From contig NC_135668.1 in assembly GCF_964188315.1 (NCBI RefSeq), positions 54,560,001-54,624,000 on the forward strand: DNA of 64,000 nucleotides. The letters are read 5' to 3'. This stretch comes from Podarcis muralis. Lineage: Eukaryota. Made by a program: the position numbers and the translations under genes. The notes under the pieces are model-generated. The model had not been told where the DNA came from, ran no database searches, and saw only the letters and a program-made list of their open reading frames with translations. Positions 53,583-64,000 of this stretch are shown here, one piece after another (positions within the stretch are counted from its first letter, which is position 1; each line of letters starts with the position of its first letter).

Positions 53583-56500
53583 TATTATTATACAGCAGTA
53601 CCCTGGTTTAAGAACAGCCCTGTTTACAAATGATTCGGTTTACAAACTCTGCAAAACCCGAAGTAGTGTCCCGGTTTGCGAACTTTACCTCGGTCTAAGG
53701 GCACCGGCAGTGGAAGGCTTCATCAGGGAAAGCGCACCTCAGTTTAAGAACAGTTTCAGTGTAAGAACAGCCTTCCAGAATGGATTAAGTTTGTAAACCG
53801 AGGTACCGCTGTACCGCCCTATACCTGGGGGTCTCAGGGCGGTTCGCAGAATATGTGCGAGAAAGAAAATTCAGTGTAAACACAATACATAGCTTTACAC
53901 TGTTGATACTGTTGTGTTGACACAGATATAGCCATATGCCTTACCAAGATGAACAAGACAGGAGTCTAGCTAAGTTGCCTGTGAGTTGCAATGTGCCAAC
54001 ACAGTGTGTGTGTTTGTGTGTTTTTCTAGAACATCGGGTTGGAGAACTTCCCCATGGTCATGCCTTGAATCTTCCCAGTTGTGTCCCATACAATGACTTT
54101 GTTTCTGGGGACGGTGGCTGTTTCCTGCAGGACATTTGTGCCGCTTCTAGCACAGGCTTCCTCAACCTCAGCCCTCCAGATGTTTTTGGCCTACAACTCC
54201 CATGATCCCTAGCTAGCAGGGCCAGTGGTCAGGGATGATGGGAATTGTAGTCTCAAAACATCTGGAGGGCCGAGGTTGAGGAAGCCTGTTCTAGTATCAT
54301 GCCAAAGGTTATTAGTGAAACCAAAAAAGAACTAAAAGGTGTTGAATGTTCTCTTTAAATTTGAAGGTTCATTACTGTTCCACAAGATGTGTATTTCTTT
54401 AAAGGCCAGAGCAAATAACGTGACCTAGTTTTACAGCTGTGCAGCAGTATAGCAGGTGCTGTTAAGTTATGTTAATTAATCTGTTGGATATAGTATATAA
54501 AGAGCAGCACCTAGCTCTCTCAGTACCCTGGTGGATGGGTCAGGCTTACTGATATTTTGTAAAAGGAGTTTTTGTTTTTGTTATGCAAACCTAGCAAAAG
54601 TTATTTTAGCATTCCTTGTAATGTGTGGTCTCCCCAGCACGCCTTCTCTAGCGCAACTAATCTGCAAATTGCCAACAAAAGTGAAATTCTGCTTATTGGG
54701 GATGCGTTAAAACCCAGTTTACTGCAGTCTTACCCCGCATAGAAAAAACTAGCAATGTTTGTTGCCTCAACGTCTCCCATTAGGACTGGGAGAGTTCCCT
54801 GTTTGAAACCCCCCCCTCATATATTGCACCCATCTGCCCCCCCCCCCAATGCATGTATCTGGTCTCCCTGTGACTTGTCTCGTTCCTTCCCCTTCCAGGT
54901 GTGCTGGGCCTTGTGCCCTTGGAGAGCCAGAAGAGATCCCAGAGGGTCGTTTCGCAGCTGGGCTGCCACTCAGGTGAGCTTGGCACCTGGGCAGGGCTGG
55001 AGCCTGCCTAGGTGGGACGATGGGGTGAAGTTGGGGTAGGCGAGGCACCAGCTTCCTTTTCAGAAACTTCGTTAAATTCACGCCGCCATTACAAAACGGA
55101 AACGCCAAGGTGCCGCCGGAGATTTACAGCAAACGTAAATAGTTTACCAAATGTTACGCTTGTGATGATAAATATACAATGGATTTGACTGTATTTCTGT
55201 GCCGCTTCCGTTTCACACTGTCAGAGACTGCCTCCAGGTCCCAGCTCACAGAGGACCAACGCTAGCCAGTAGTAATGTACAAAAGTCTTTATTGCAGTAC
55301 AGTTTCCATTTTCAAGCCCTAGCGTGCGTCTCTACGTCTAGAGACTAGACCGGCGAAGCTCCGTCTGAATCTCCGCCCCCTGTACACCAGCTTAAGACTC
55401 TAACCTTACTCCACCTCTTCCGTCTCTCCTTCCGCCTCTGGGTCCTACTACCCCCCGGGGTCCCTTCCTTCCTGGACGCTTCGGACGCGGACCCCTCTGA
55501 CTCTTCCCCCTCCCTTCGGCGGGCTTTAGGACCTGGCTCCCTTTCCGGGCTGCTCACTGCGCCACCCTCTTGTACGTTTGAACTTGGCGCGCGCGCCCAG
55601 TCTCCGACCTTCCTTTTGACCGTTTCCTCGCTCTCTGATGCAGGCGTGGCCAATCCTGACTCATGTCCTTCCGCTGACGGAGAGCTGCCTGATGTCGATA
55701 CCTGGGACTCTTCCCCCCTACTGCTCTTTGGTGGGGAAGCTGGTCCCGATTTCCAACTGCTGCTCTCTGAGTCCCCTCTGGCCCCTCCTTCCTGGGGTGT
55801 TCCCCTTGGCAACCCCTTTGCTCTGACCACGGGAGCCCCCTTCTGTGAATCCTCCGATTCACTGGAAAGACTTAGAGACCTAGGGCGGCTGTCATCGCTA
55901 ACCTCTCCCTCGGATTCCTCCCCCTCGGTCTCTATCTCCTCCCTTTCCTGTGCCTCTGCTCCTGAACCCCTGACACACGCGAATCCCAAAGCGGCTTAAT
56001 AAATAACAGCGACAAAACATCACAGGCGTAAATCATATAATATAAATAATGATACATTGGTGAAACAATTACGATCTGCTATCAGCAAACCAGCAACTAA
56101 AAGAACAGGCTGAACGTCACAAATACAGCAAAAGTCATAGATTCATAGCCCCCTGCAATGATATTGTAAATTCTGCCAGTTTATAGGCACCTGAGATTCA
56201 TATTTCCTGCCCTGAAATCCCCACCACCTCCTGGCTCGTGTGTCTCCAGCTTCCCCTTGTTCCCGGCTTCTCCAATTCCCTCCTTTAAGCCTGGCTGTTG
56301 TTTTGAGATGGTTCAGTCCCATTAAGCCCCAGTCGAGAGAGGGGCACAAGCAGGGAAGAGGCTCTTGGTCCCTGCCTGGGCACAGGATGAGCCCTGCTCT
56401 CCCGAGGCAGCTGCCACGAGTCTCCCGCTGCCGGCTTGCATCTGCTGCAGGCCTGTGGAAACGGAAAATGACGCAGCGACCTACTTTTCCCAGGCAGGCC

Positions 56501-58008
56501 AGATGCCTCAGCCAGGCGGCCGATTTCTGTGCCAGGTCCACCCCCCCCAATACCACTTGCCCTTGAGATGGAGGTGGTTATGATTATTGTTATTGTTATT
56601 ATTATTTTATACCCTGCCTTTCCCCTGACGGTCGGCTTACAGATAAAAATGAGAACAGCTCAAAACATTGGAATAAAATGTTTTTAGAAAATTAAATATT
56701 GAGAGAAGTAAAATTACGCTTGCATTTCTGGGGTGTGAGCCTGGGCAGTGTGCCTGGAGGTCCTGGGCTGGCCAGACGACAAGGCCCTGCTCCCAGCTGC
56801 GCAGAGCAGGACTCTTGGCTGCAGGAGTTGCCAGAAGGAGGTGTAAAGGGCATCATCCAACTGTCTTGGGGACTCCAGATTTGTGTAGGGTTTAATCCTG
56901 AGCCTTTTGTTTTCCCAAATATGCCACATATGTTTATTTATCTGTAAATCTCCCTCAGCCAATAAAGTGAGATGAGTGTCGCACCCCCAGAGTCACCCGT
57001 GACTAGACCTAATGGTCAGGGGTCCCTTTCTCTTTACCTTTAATTCTATGAAAAGCATGCCAATAATTACAATAAAAGCAGCACGGCACTAGCCCTTGCG
57101 GTAAGAGCAGTCAGTTCCCAAAAGCCTGTTGGAACAAGAAGGCTTTCACCTGCCGGCAGAAGGACAAGGAGGGAGCCAGTCTGGCTTCCCTGGGCAGGGA
57201 ATTCCAACGTTGCCTGGGAGCAGCCACCGAGAAGGCCATGTCCTGCATCACTACCAGGCAGGCCTGGAAGGGGAGAGGGATGGAGACAAGGTTCTTCCTC
57301 AAAGGTCTCGCAGCCTGGGCAGATATGTATGATGGAATATGGTCTTTCAGGTCACTTGGACTTCAGCCATGGAAGGTTTTATAGGTCATAAACCAATACA
57401 GCCGTACCTTGGTTTTCAAACAGCTTAGTTCTCGAACGTTTTAGCTCCTGGACACCACAACCCTGGAAGTGACTGTTCCGGTTTGCGACTATTTTTGGAA
57501 GCTGAACATCCGGTGGGGCTTCCGCCGCTTCCTGCAGCCAATCAGAAGCCGCGCTTTGGTTTCTGAACGTTTTGGAAGTCGAACAGACTTCCAGAACGGA
57601 TTCTGCTTGACTTCCAAGGTACGACTGTACTTTGAATTGTGCCTGGAAACAGACCGGTAGCGAGTGCAGCTGTTGCAACAGGGGGGCTGGCTGTTTGTTC
57701 CCTAAAAGGCAGCTCTGCTGTGGGGACACCATATTGCAGAAAGTAAAAAGCAGGGCACCCCAAAAGTTGTTGACAAAGTGCTGCCTTTTGGAAATTCCCC
57801 CCTTTGAAATCCCTATAATGTCTGGGAAAATCCAGGTGTGTGGCAACCCTATTATATGATAGGGCACCCGAAAAGGTGGGGGGGTTTTGTCTGTTTTTTT
57901 AATACCTGTGTTTCTGGTTGTAGTCCTGAGAGTGTGCCTGCGGCTTCTTGCAGAAGTGGGCCTGAGCTGTGCTCTGCAGATGCAAGATTAATAATAATAA
58001 TAATAATG

Positions 58009-58059
<51 letters not shown>

Positions 58060-61000
58060 TTAATTTATACCCCGCCCTCCCCGGCCAGAGCCGGGCTCAG
58101 GACAGCTAACACCAGTAAAATTACAGTAAAAACATAATAGGAAAAAAACCGCCCCAGTTTAAAATGCAATTTAAAATGCAGCCTCATTTTAAAAGTAGCC
58201 GATAAATCAAGACCATAAGGGGAGGGAAACATAAGGGTCAGACCGAGTCCAAACCAAAGGCCAGGCGGAACAGCTCTGTCTTGCAGGCCCTGCGGAAAGA
58301 TGTCAAGTCCTGCAGGGCCCTAGTCTCTTGAGACAGAGCGTTCCACCAAGTCGGGGCCAGTGCTGAAAAGGCCCTGGCCCTAGTTGAGACCAATCTAACC
58401 ACCTTGCGGCTTGGGACCTCCAAAGTGTTGTCATTTGTGGTCCTCCACGGGGCATACCAGGAGAAGCTGTCCTGTAAGTACATGGGTCCTAGGCTGGGTC
58501 TTATCGCCTCCTCCTGCAAAATAATGTGCCCTCCTTGGGAGGGATAAAGAGGCTTGCATACAGTTCATCTTCTTAAATTTCTCCTTCCGCTCTGGCATAA
58601 AACGTTGACCTGCAAACAGGGAGCTTTTGCCCTCGATGCCCAGAAGCCTCTAGAGAGGGAACTTTCCCACCCCCCACCATTTATTTGCTGGGCATAAACC
58701 CTCCCACCTCGCGTGGCTCTGTCCTGCATGCCAGTGTGGTCTAGTGGTTAGAGTGTCGGACTTGGGTTCGAATCCCTGTTCAGCCACGAAGCGCAGCTGG
58801 GCGACCTTTGACCAGTCGCTGCCTCTCAGCCTAACCTACCTGGCAGGGTTGGGATAAAATGAGGAGGGAGAGATCCGTGTGTGCCGCCTTGAACTCCTTG
58901 GAGAAAGAGGCGGGAGGTGCATTCTCTAATTAAATGAATGCTGCGTGGCATGGAGTCTTGAACCTTGTTGTTGCAGGCTGCTTTCTTCAATTGACCATTT
59001 CAGCCGGGATATTTAGGGCCACTTTTAATGCTTCAGAACATCTGCAGCTGCCGGAGAACCCACAGGCCCATCCGTTACACAGGTTTATACAGAGGCATCC
59101 CCTCTCCTCAGCTTTACACCTCCGTAGAAATTAAGTGACGTTCTCAGAGGCAAAGCAGGCCTCCGTTATCAGAGCTGTCTCAGCAAGGGCAGAAGGTCTA
59201 CTTTCTATCAGTGTGGCCCAAGGCTGAATTCTTCCCGCGCAAACGTCCTTGGCGCATTCTTAATGCAGTCGGAGGAAGCAGAGTCTCCTAACAATGTCCT
59301 CTCAAATTCTTTCCACATCTCTTCTTCATTTGTAGGGATCGCAGTGTGTATGCGTCAATACGTTGACCCACTCAACGTATTGTCTTAGAAGAAACACGAT
59401 TTTAAATGGTTTCCCTGGCCTGATTTATCTCCGTTGTCTCCCACTTGTAATAAAGTTTTGCTAAAATTGTATTCTGCAGGATGAACTGTGTGTGGATTAT
59501 ATATATATATAGAGAGAGAGAGAGAGGGAGAGTGTTGTAAATATTTATTTATTTATTAAATTTATATACCACCTTATACCTGGGGGTCTCAGGTTCACAG
59601 AATAAAATCAAGATATAAAACCACAAAATATGGTACATAATAAAAATAAAAACAAAAACAGCAACCCAATAAGTGGACCCCTGACCATTAGGTCCTGTCG
59701 TGACCGACTCTGGGGTTGCGGCGTTCATCTCGCTTTATTGGCCGAGGGAGCCGGCGTACAGCTTCCGGGTCATGTGGCCAGCATGACTAAGCCGCTTCTG
59801 GCGAACCAGAGCAGTGCGCGGAAATGCCGTTTAGCTTCCCACCGGAGCAGTACCTATTTATCTACTTGCACTTTGACATGCTTTTGAACTGCTAGGTTGG
59901 CAGGAGCTGGGACCGAGCAACGGGAGCTCACCCCAGCACGGGGATTCGAACCGCCGACCTTCTGATCGGCAAGTCTTAGGGTCTGTGGTTTAACCCACAG
60001 CGCCACCTGTGTCCCAACAACCCAATAGCCCCCCAAATACATTATGTTGTGTTGTGTTACTTGATGTGTTGCATTCATCAACCTTTGCAAGGTTGCTGAC
60101 CAACATCTGTATTACTGAAGACCTTTTTCTTATTCTGTACCTAGATGCTATTCTGAAAATAGTTAACAATATACAAAGAAGAAGAAGAAACATGATCTCT
60201 CTCTCTCTCTCTCTCTCTCTCTTGCCCAGATGTGGTGACGGATTTTGACTTCTCTCCCTTTGATGAGCAGCTCTTGGCCACATGTTCGGCCGATGAAGTG
60301 GTGAGTACTAAGTGAAGGGGTCCTCCTTTGGCAGACCCCCCCCCCAAGAGGTCCTCCCTGGGAGGTTGTAGAGGAGACCCTGCCAGGCTCCATCTGTGAG
60401 TGGGGGGCTGAGAGAGGAAATAGCCCCCAAGACCTTTGCCCCATTGCTGCTGCTTCTGGAGAGAGCTGTGGGCCTGGAACTGTGGGCTCACTTGGGGGCA
60501 TGTCTGGATTAAGGGGACCTTGGCACAATTCCCACAGTAGGACCCCTCCCCAGCTTCCCCAGAAAAGGAATGCATGGAGTCAGGTGCCAGTAAATACACC
60601 TCGAGGTTGTATTATTACCATTTTGTTAAATATAGAGTTCCCTGGGACATACGACTGGCTGTTAAACCACTCTGGGAATTGTAGCTCCTAACAACTCCCA
60701 GAAACCATAACAAACTAAAGTTCCCAGGATTCAAGCCAGGGCCAGATTTAGGTTTGATGCGGTCCTAAGCTGCTGAAAGTCATGGGGCCCTTTTTCTGTC
60801 CAGCTGTCCTTTGTCAACAACAAATTGCCGCTGTTTTTTTTGTGTTGAATATATGCTAGATGGTAATTCATAGGAGCCTACACAACACAAAACACTGTTG
60901 CTGGATGTAGGTTTTATTTTATTTCTTTTTGATCTTCTATTTTGGAAATGTCCAGGTTTTTTTCCTTTAAATTTTTTGGGGCCCCTCAAGAGAGGGGGCC

Positions 61001-63586
61001 CTAAGCTATAGCTTGTTTAGCTTATATGTAAATCCGGCACTGATTCAAGCCATGACTGTTTAGAGGAGTATTAATATCACTTTATAAGTGAAGATGGGGC
61101 GTTTCTTTTCTCCATCCCTTGCCTGGAGGGGTCTGCTTGGCTTTGCTGTGGTTCCCTCATATTCCTGTCCTCCCCCCTTGTGGGTCGGAGTTCATCTTCC
61201 AGGGTGACAGACGGACCTTTGCTCCTGGCCTTTTTCTCTGCAGGTGAAGGTGTGGCGCCTCCTGGACTCTGGACAGGACCTCTCGTCTTCCCCCCACATT
61301 GCCCTGGGGCCGGAGGGCCGGCCGGTGGATGTTCTCCTCTTCCACCCCACAGCAGACAGCATCCTGGCCAGTGGGGCCCAGAAGGCAGTGAAGGTTTGGG
61401 ATGTGGGGCATCGGCAGACTCTGGCAGGTGAGCTCCGTGGTGGGGCACTTTCAGGTTGGGGGTGTTATAAGAAAAAACTGCTCCTTTTCCCCTTATGGGA
61501 TACCCAGGCGCTGCATTCTGGATTAGTTGTAGTTTCCGGGTCACCTTCAAAGGTAGCCCTATGTAGAGCGCATTGCAGTAGTCCAAGTGGGAGATAACCA
61601 GAGCATGCACCACTCTGGCAAGGCAGTCCACAGGCAGATAGGGTCTCAGCCTGCGTAGCAGATGGAGCTGGTAAACAGCTGCCCTGGACACAGATTTGAC
61701 CTGTGCCTCCATGGACAGGTGTGAGTCCAAAATGACTCCCAGGCTGTGCACCTGGTCCTTCAGGGGACACGGTTCCCCCATTCAGGACCAGGGAATCCTC
61801 CACACCTGCCCAGTGGCGTAGCGTGGGTTGTCAGCACCCGGGGCAAGGCAAGTAATTTGCGCCCCCTAACCCGTGGATTTGCGCCCCCTAACCCGTGGAG
61901 TTGCGCCCCCTAACCTGTGGATTTGCCCTAACCCCAGATGTTGCACCCAGTGCGGCCGGCCCCCCCTGCACCCCCCACGCTACGCCACTGCACCTGCCCA
62001 TTCCTTGTCCCCCCAAAACGGTACTTTTGCCTTGTCAGGATTCAACCTCAATCTGTTAGCCGCCATCCATCCTCCAACCGCCTCCAGACACTCACACAGG
62101 ACCTTCACTGGTTCTGATTTGAAAGATACTTAGTTCCTGAATCTCTTGTGCATATTGATAACTTTGCTCAGCTTAACAGATACTTGCCAGACTGTATTTA
62201 CAGGGAGGTGTAAGCAGTCCCTACAGCCCAAAGACCATTGTAAAGCTTCTCCCATTTCCTTCCTCCTTGCAGAGAAATATTTGAGGTCAATTTGGGAGAG
62301 TCAAAATGGCTTCAGGATTGTTCTCCTGTACTATTTCAGAGAAGTGGTTTATATTCTGACGTATATGTTTGCCTTGTACGTTTATGAACATTATATATAT
62401 ATATATATCACCTTAGAATTCCTATAACGGGACTGGGAAGGGCAGGAGGGGAAATGGCCCGAGTTCCCCCCTCTGCCAGGGACTGCTTGTCTCCAGCGGT
62501 TGCTTTGCGCCAACTCGGGCTGTTTGCCCCTCTAGCCCAAGACTGCCCACCTAAGCTGGCAGTGGTGGCTCTCTGGGGTTGCCTCAGGCCGCCTTTCGCA
62601 CCCGCTCCCACTGGTCTCTTTCAGCTGAAGCAGGGCACTCTGCGCTTCCCAACAAGTCTTCTGCTAAATATTCTGAATTTATTCCAAATATTCTGTCAGG
62701 GATTGTGGAGGGGTGGGCTCGATGACCTCTGGAGGTCCCTTCTAACTCTGCTTGGAAGCAGAATAAAGGTAAAGGGAGCTACAGTGTACAGGTGCATCGT
62801 GGCAAGCTAGCTGAGCACTGCCCTTTGCTTTCCTGGCAAAAGGGGGTGGTGTGGGGTGTCACAGTGAGCTCTGGGGTGGGATTAAAAACCCCTTGTGCCC
62901 CCCTTTCCCCTTTGTTTCTCTGAGCACACAGATATTGGGAGAAGAGGTCAAGGACGAGCCTTTTCCAATGGTTGCCTTCCAGCTGTTTGGAACTACAACT
63001 CCCATCAGCCTCAGCAAGCCCTGGTTGGGGCTTGTGGGAGTTGTAGTTCCAAAACAGCTGGCAGGCACCACATTTGCATTTCCGGTGAGATGCTGGGAGG
63101 AAGGGCAGAAGGTGTTTGTCCCCCCCCCCCCAGGCCAGGAATGTTGTGTGAACAGGAAACGGGAACCGCAAGGAGGCCCTGTTGCCTAGCAACCGGCCAC
63201 AAGGTCTGCAAGCTCCAAGCGGAGGCTGCCTGACTCTGGGATGGAATTACTGTTCCTGAGTAGCAATTCCTCCTTCTCAGCACAATGCAAAGCCTTGTCC
63301 TCCTCTCCTTGCAGCCCTGGGACAGAAAAGGATCCCACAGGAGGAGATGGCCTCTGACTGGATAATAATAATAATAATATTATTATTATTTATACCCCGC
63401 CTATCTGGCTGAGTTTCCCCCATCGAGTGTTAAAAACAATACAGCACTAAATATTGAAAACTGCCCTAAACAGTTGTCTTTTAAAGTTAAGATAGCTGCT
63501 TATTTCCTTCACATCTGAAGGGAGGGCATTCCACAGGGCGGGCACCACTACTGAGAAGGCCCTCTGTCTGACTAACTGAAACATGC

Positions 63587-63623
<37 letters not shown>

Positions 63624-64000
63624 TTTTATTCAAACAATTCTTTATTGCACAACAGCATTTTATGCTGTTTTTTGTTGCATCAATTAAATGTTTTAAATTT
63701 GTTCTTAGCCGCCCTGAGCTCGGTTTTCTGAACCGGGAAGGGCGGGGTCTAAGTAAAAATTTATTATTATTTATTATTACTCCAGAGGAGGCTGACAGCA
63801 GCAAAAGGCAGATGTTGGGGAGGGCAGTGATGGCCTGTGTCTTCCTCAGCCTCCTGGAAGCATCATCTGCGGGTGCAGGTCGTATTGCACTTTGCTGCCC
63901 TGTTATTCTGCCCACTCTGAGGCCGGGCGATCAGGTTGCTCCACGAGTGGCGCCTGCCAGGAACTTTATCTCATCTCTTCTCTTTCCCTGCAGAGCTGGA
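47833..64000 (+). CDS. CORO7: Coronin-7, 5' part (exons 1-5 and start of exon 6; the gene continues past the window)
   Basis: Exons 47833-47892 (MNRFKVSKFRHAEARVARKE), 51807-51903 (AWIGDLRAG...NHIKA), 54899-54973 (GVLGLVPL...GCHS), 60230-60300 (DVVTDFDFSPFDEQLLATCSADEV), 61244-61427 (VKVWRL...FHPTADSILAS...VKVWDV) and 63994 onward. Introns are GT-AG with consistent phases. Confidence 0.95.
50215..51010 (-). mobile_element. L2 LINE ORF2 3' fragment
   Basis: LRLNPDKTEVL...LGVILDS-like...LDYCHAL...KLQLIQNAAARLVTG and LVLTLKALNGLGAVYLKERL. Confidence 0.85.
51175..51530 (-). mobile_element. L2 LINE 3' fragment
   Basis: Same 3' end family as 4300 and 34260; (TAA)n tail. Confidence 0.75.
52710..52935. 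mobile_element. Tigger/pogo-like MITE nested in another MITE-like repeat (about 52625-52990)
   Basis: TIRs CAGTGGTACCTCG / CGAGGTACCACTG; left TA intact, right CA. Confidence 0.8.
53593..53811. mobile_element. Tigger/pogo-like MITE
   Basis: TA-CAGCAGTACC...GGTACCGCTG-TA, inserted next to a long (TAT)n tract. Confidence 0.75.
54153..54288. mobile_element. hAT (Charlie-like) MITE
   Basis: Same family as 33161 in opposite orientation; TSD TTCTAGCA / TTCTAGTA. Confidence 0.85.
55219..55975 (-). mobile_element. Solo LTR (757 bp), probably Gypsy/ERV type
   Basis: Inverted termini TGTCAG...CTGACA, 5-bp TSD CACAC / CACGC (one CpG-type change), and AATAAA on - at 55289-55294, 70 nt from the 3' end. 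Confidence 0.75.
57399..57627. mobile_element. Tigger/pogo-like MITE nested in an old L2 (about 57110-57680)
   Basis: TA-CAGCCGTACCTTGG...CCAAGGTACGACTG-TA. Confidence 0.8.
58000..58490 (-). mobile_element. L2-clade LINE 3' fragment (second subfamily) with (TAA)n tail
   Basis: LEVPSRKVVRLVSTRARAFSALAPTWWNAL...FRRACKTELFRLAF. Confidence 0.75.
58730..58925 (+). mobile_element. tRNA-derived SINE
   Basis: A box TGGTCTAGTGG and B box GGTTCGAATCC followed by a MIR-like core; no complete cloverleaf. Confidence 0.6.
59672..60017 (-). mobile_element. Sauria-type SINE
   Basis: tRNA-like head at about 59940-60015 and 10-bp TSD CAACCCAATA (59662-59671, 60018-60027). Confidence 0.8.
60737..61042. mobile_element. 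hAT MITE
   Basis: TIRs CAGGGCCAGATTTA / TAAATCCGGCACTG with 8-bp TSD ATTCAAGC (60729-60736, 61043-61050). A matching right end also occurs at about 37260-37333. Confidence 0.85.
61500..62095 (-). mobile_element. L2 LINE ORF2 fragment interrupted by a hAT MITE
   Basis: LGVILDSHLSMEAQV...HLDYCNALYIGLPLKVTRKLQLIQNAA. Confidence 0.85.
61811..61990. mobile_element. hAT MITE with internal 22-bp tandem array
   Basis: Perfect 17-bp TIRs CAGTGGCGTAGCGTGGG / CCCACGCTACGCCACTG, 8-bp TSD CACCTGCC, and about 3.5 copies of TTGCGCCCCCTAACCCGTGGA(T/G) at 61857-61935. Confidence 0.9.
63360..63570 (-). mobile_element. L2 LINE 3' fragment
   Basis: Same 3' end family as 4300, 34260 and 51175. Confidence 0.7.

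Noticed and set aside
53520-53590. Long (TAT)n/(TAA)n tracts here and at 3965, 34255, 57985 and 63590
   Set aside because: Ordinary microsatellite expansions of LINE tails.
58730-58790. tRNA-like A and B boxes (also at 37630, 40130, 45655 and 59940)
   Set aside because: SINE heads with no full cloverleaf or anticodon arm, followed by SINE bodies.
61857-61935. Direct-repeat array as CRISPR or true interstitial telomere
   Set aside because: Eukaryotic DNA, no spacers, not pure (TTAGGG)n, and it lies inside a MITE.

Overview
This is vertebrate genomic DNA from a squamate reptile, probably a lacertid-type lizard (inferred from Sauria-type SINEs, RTE-BovB, CR1, L2 and Penelope-like repeats). I assembled exons by hand from splice sites for four genes of the block known from human 16p13.3: HMOX2 (-, 312 aa), NMRAL1 (+, 299 aa; head-to-head with HMOX2 on one CpG island), DNAJA3/Tid1 (-, long and short C-terminal isoforms) and the first exons of CORO7 (+, runs off the window). 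The main surprise is a single, intact three-exon alphaD-type globin gene (-, 31324-31971) between DNAJA3 and CORO7, with no NPRL3, other alpha-globins or LUC7L in the window. It has a GC-AG second intron, Gln in place of the distal His (E7), Ile at E11, Met in place of the C2 Pro, and six Cys. The 29-47 kb interval around it is dense in repeats and holds all five BovB copies. Other points of interest: two fold-back insertions with 14-bp target duplications (one carrying hammerhead-ribozyme-like motifs), LTR-like elements with long sense ORFs, a GC donor in DNAJA3, and an in-frame upstream AUG that would add a poly-Gly extension to CORO7. No database searches were run. Family names come from recognition, and repeat boundaries are approximate unless a target-site duplication (TSD) is quoted.
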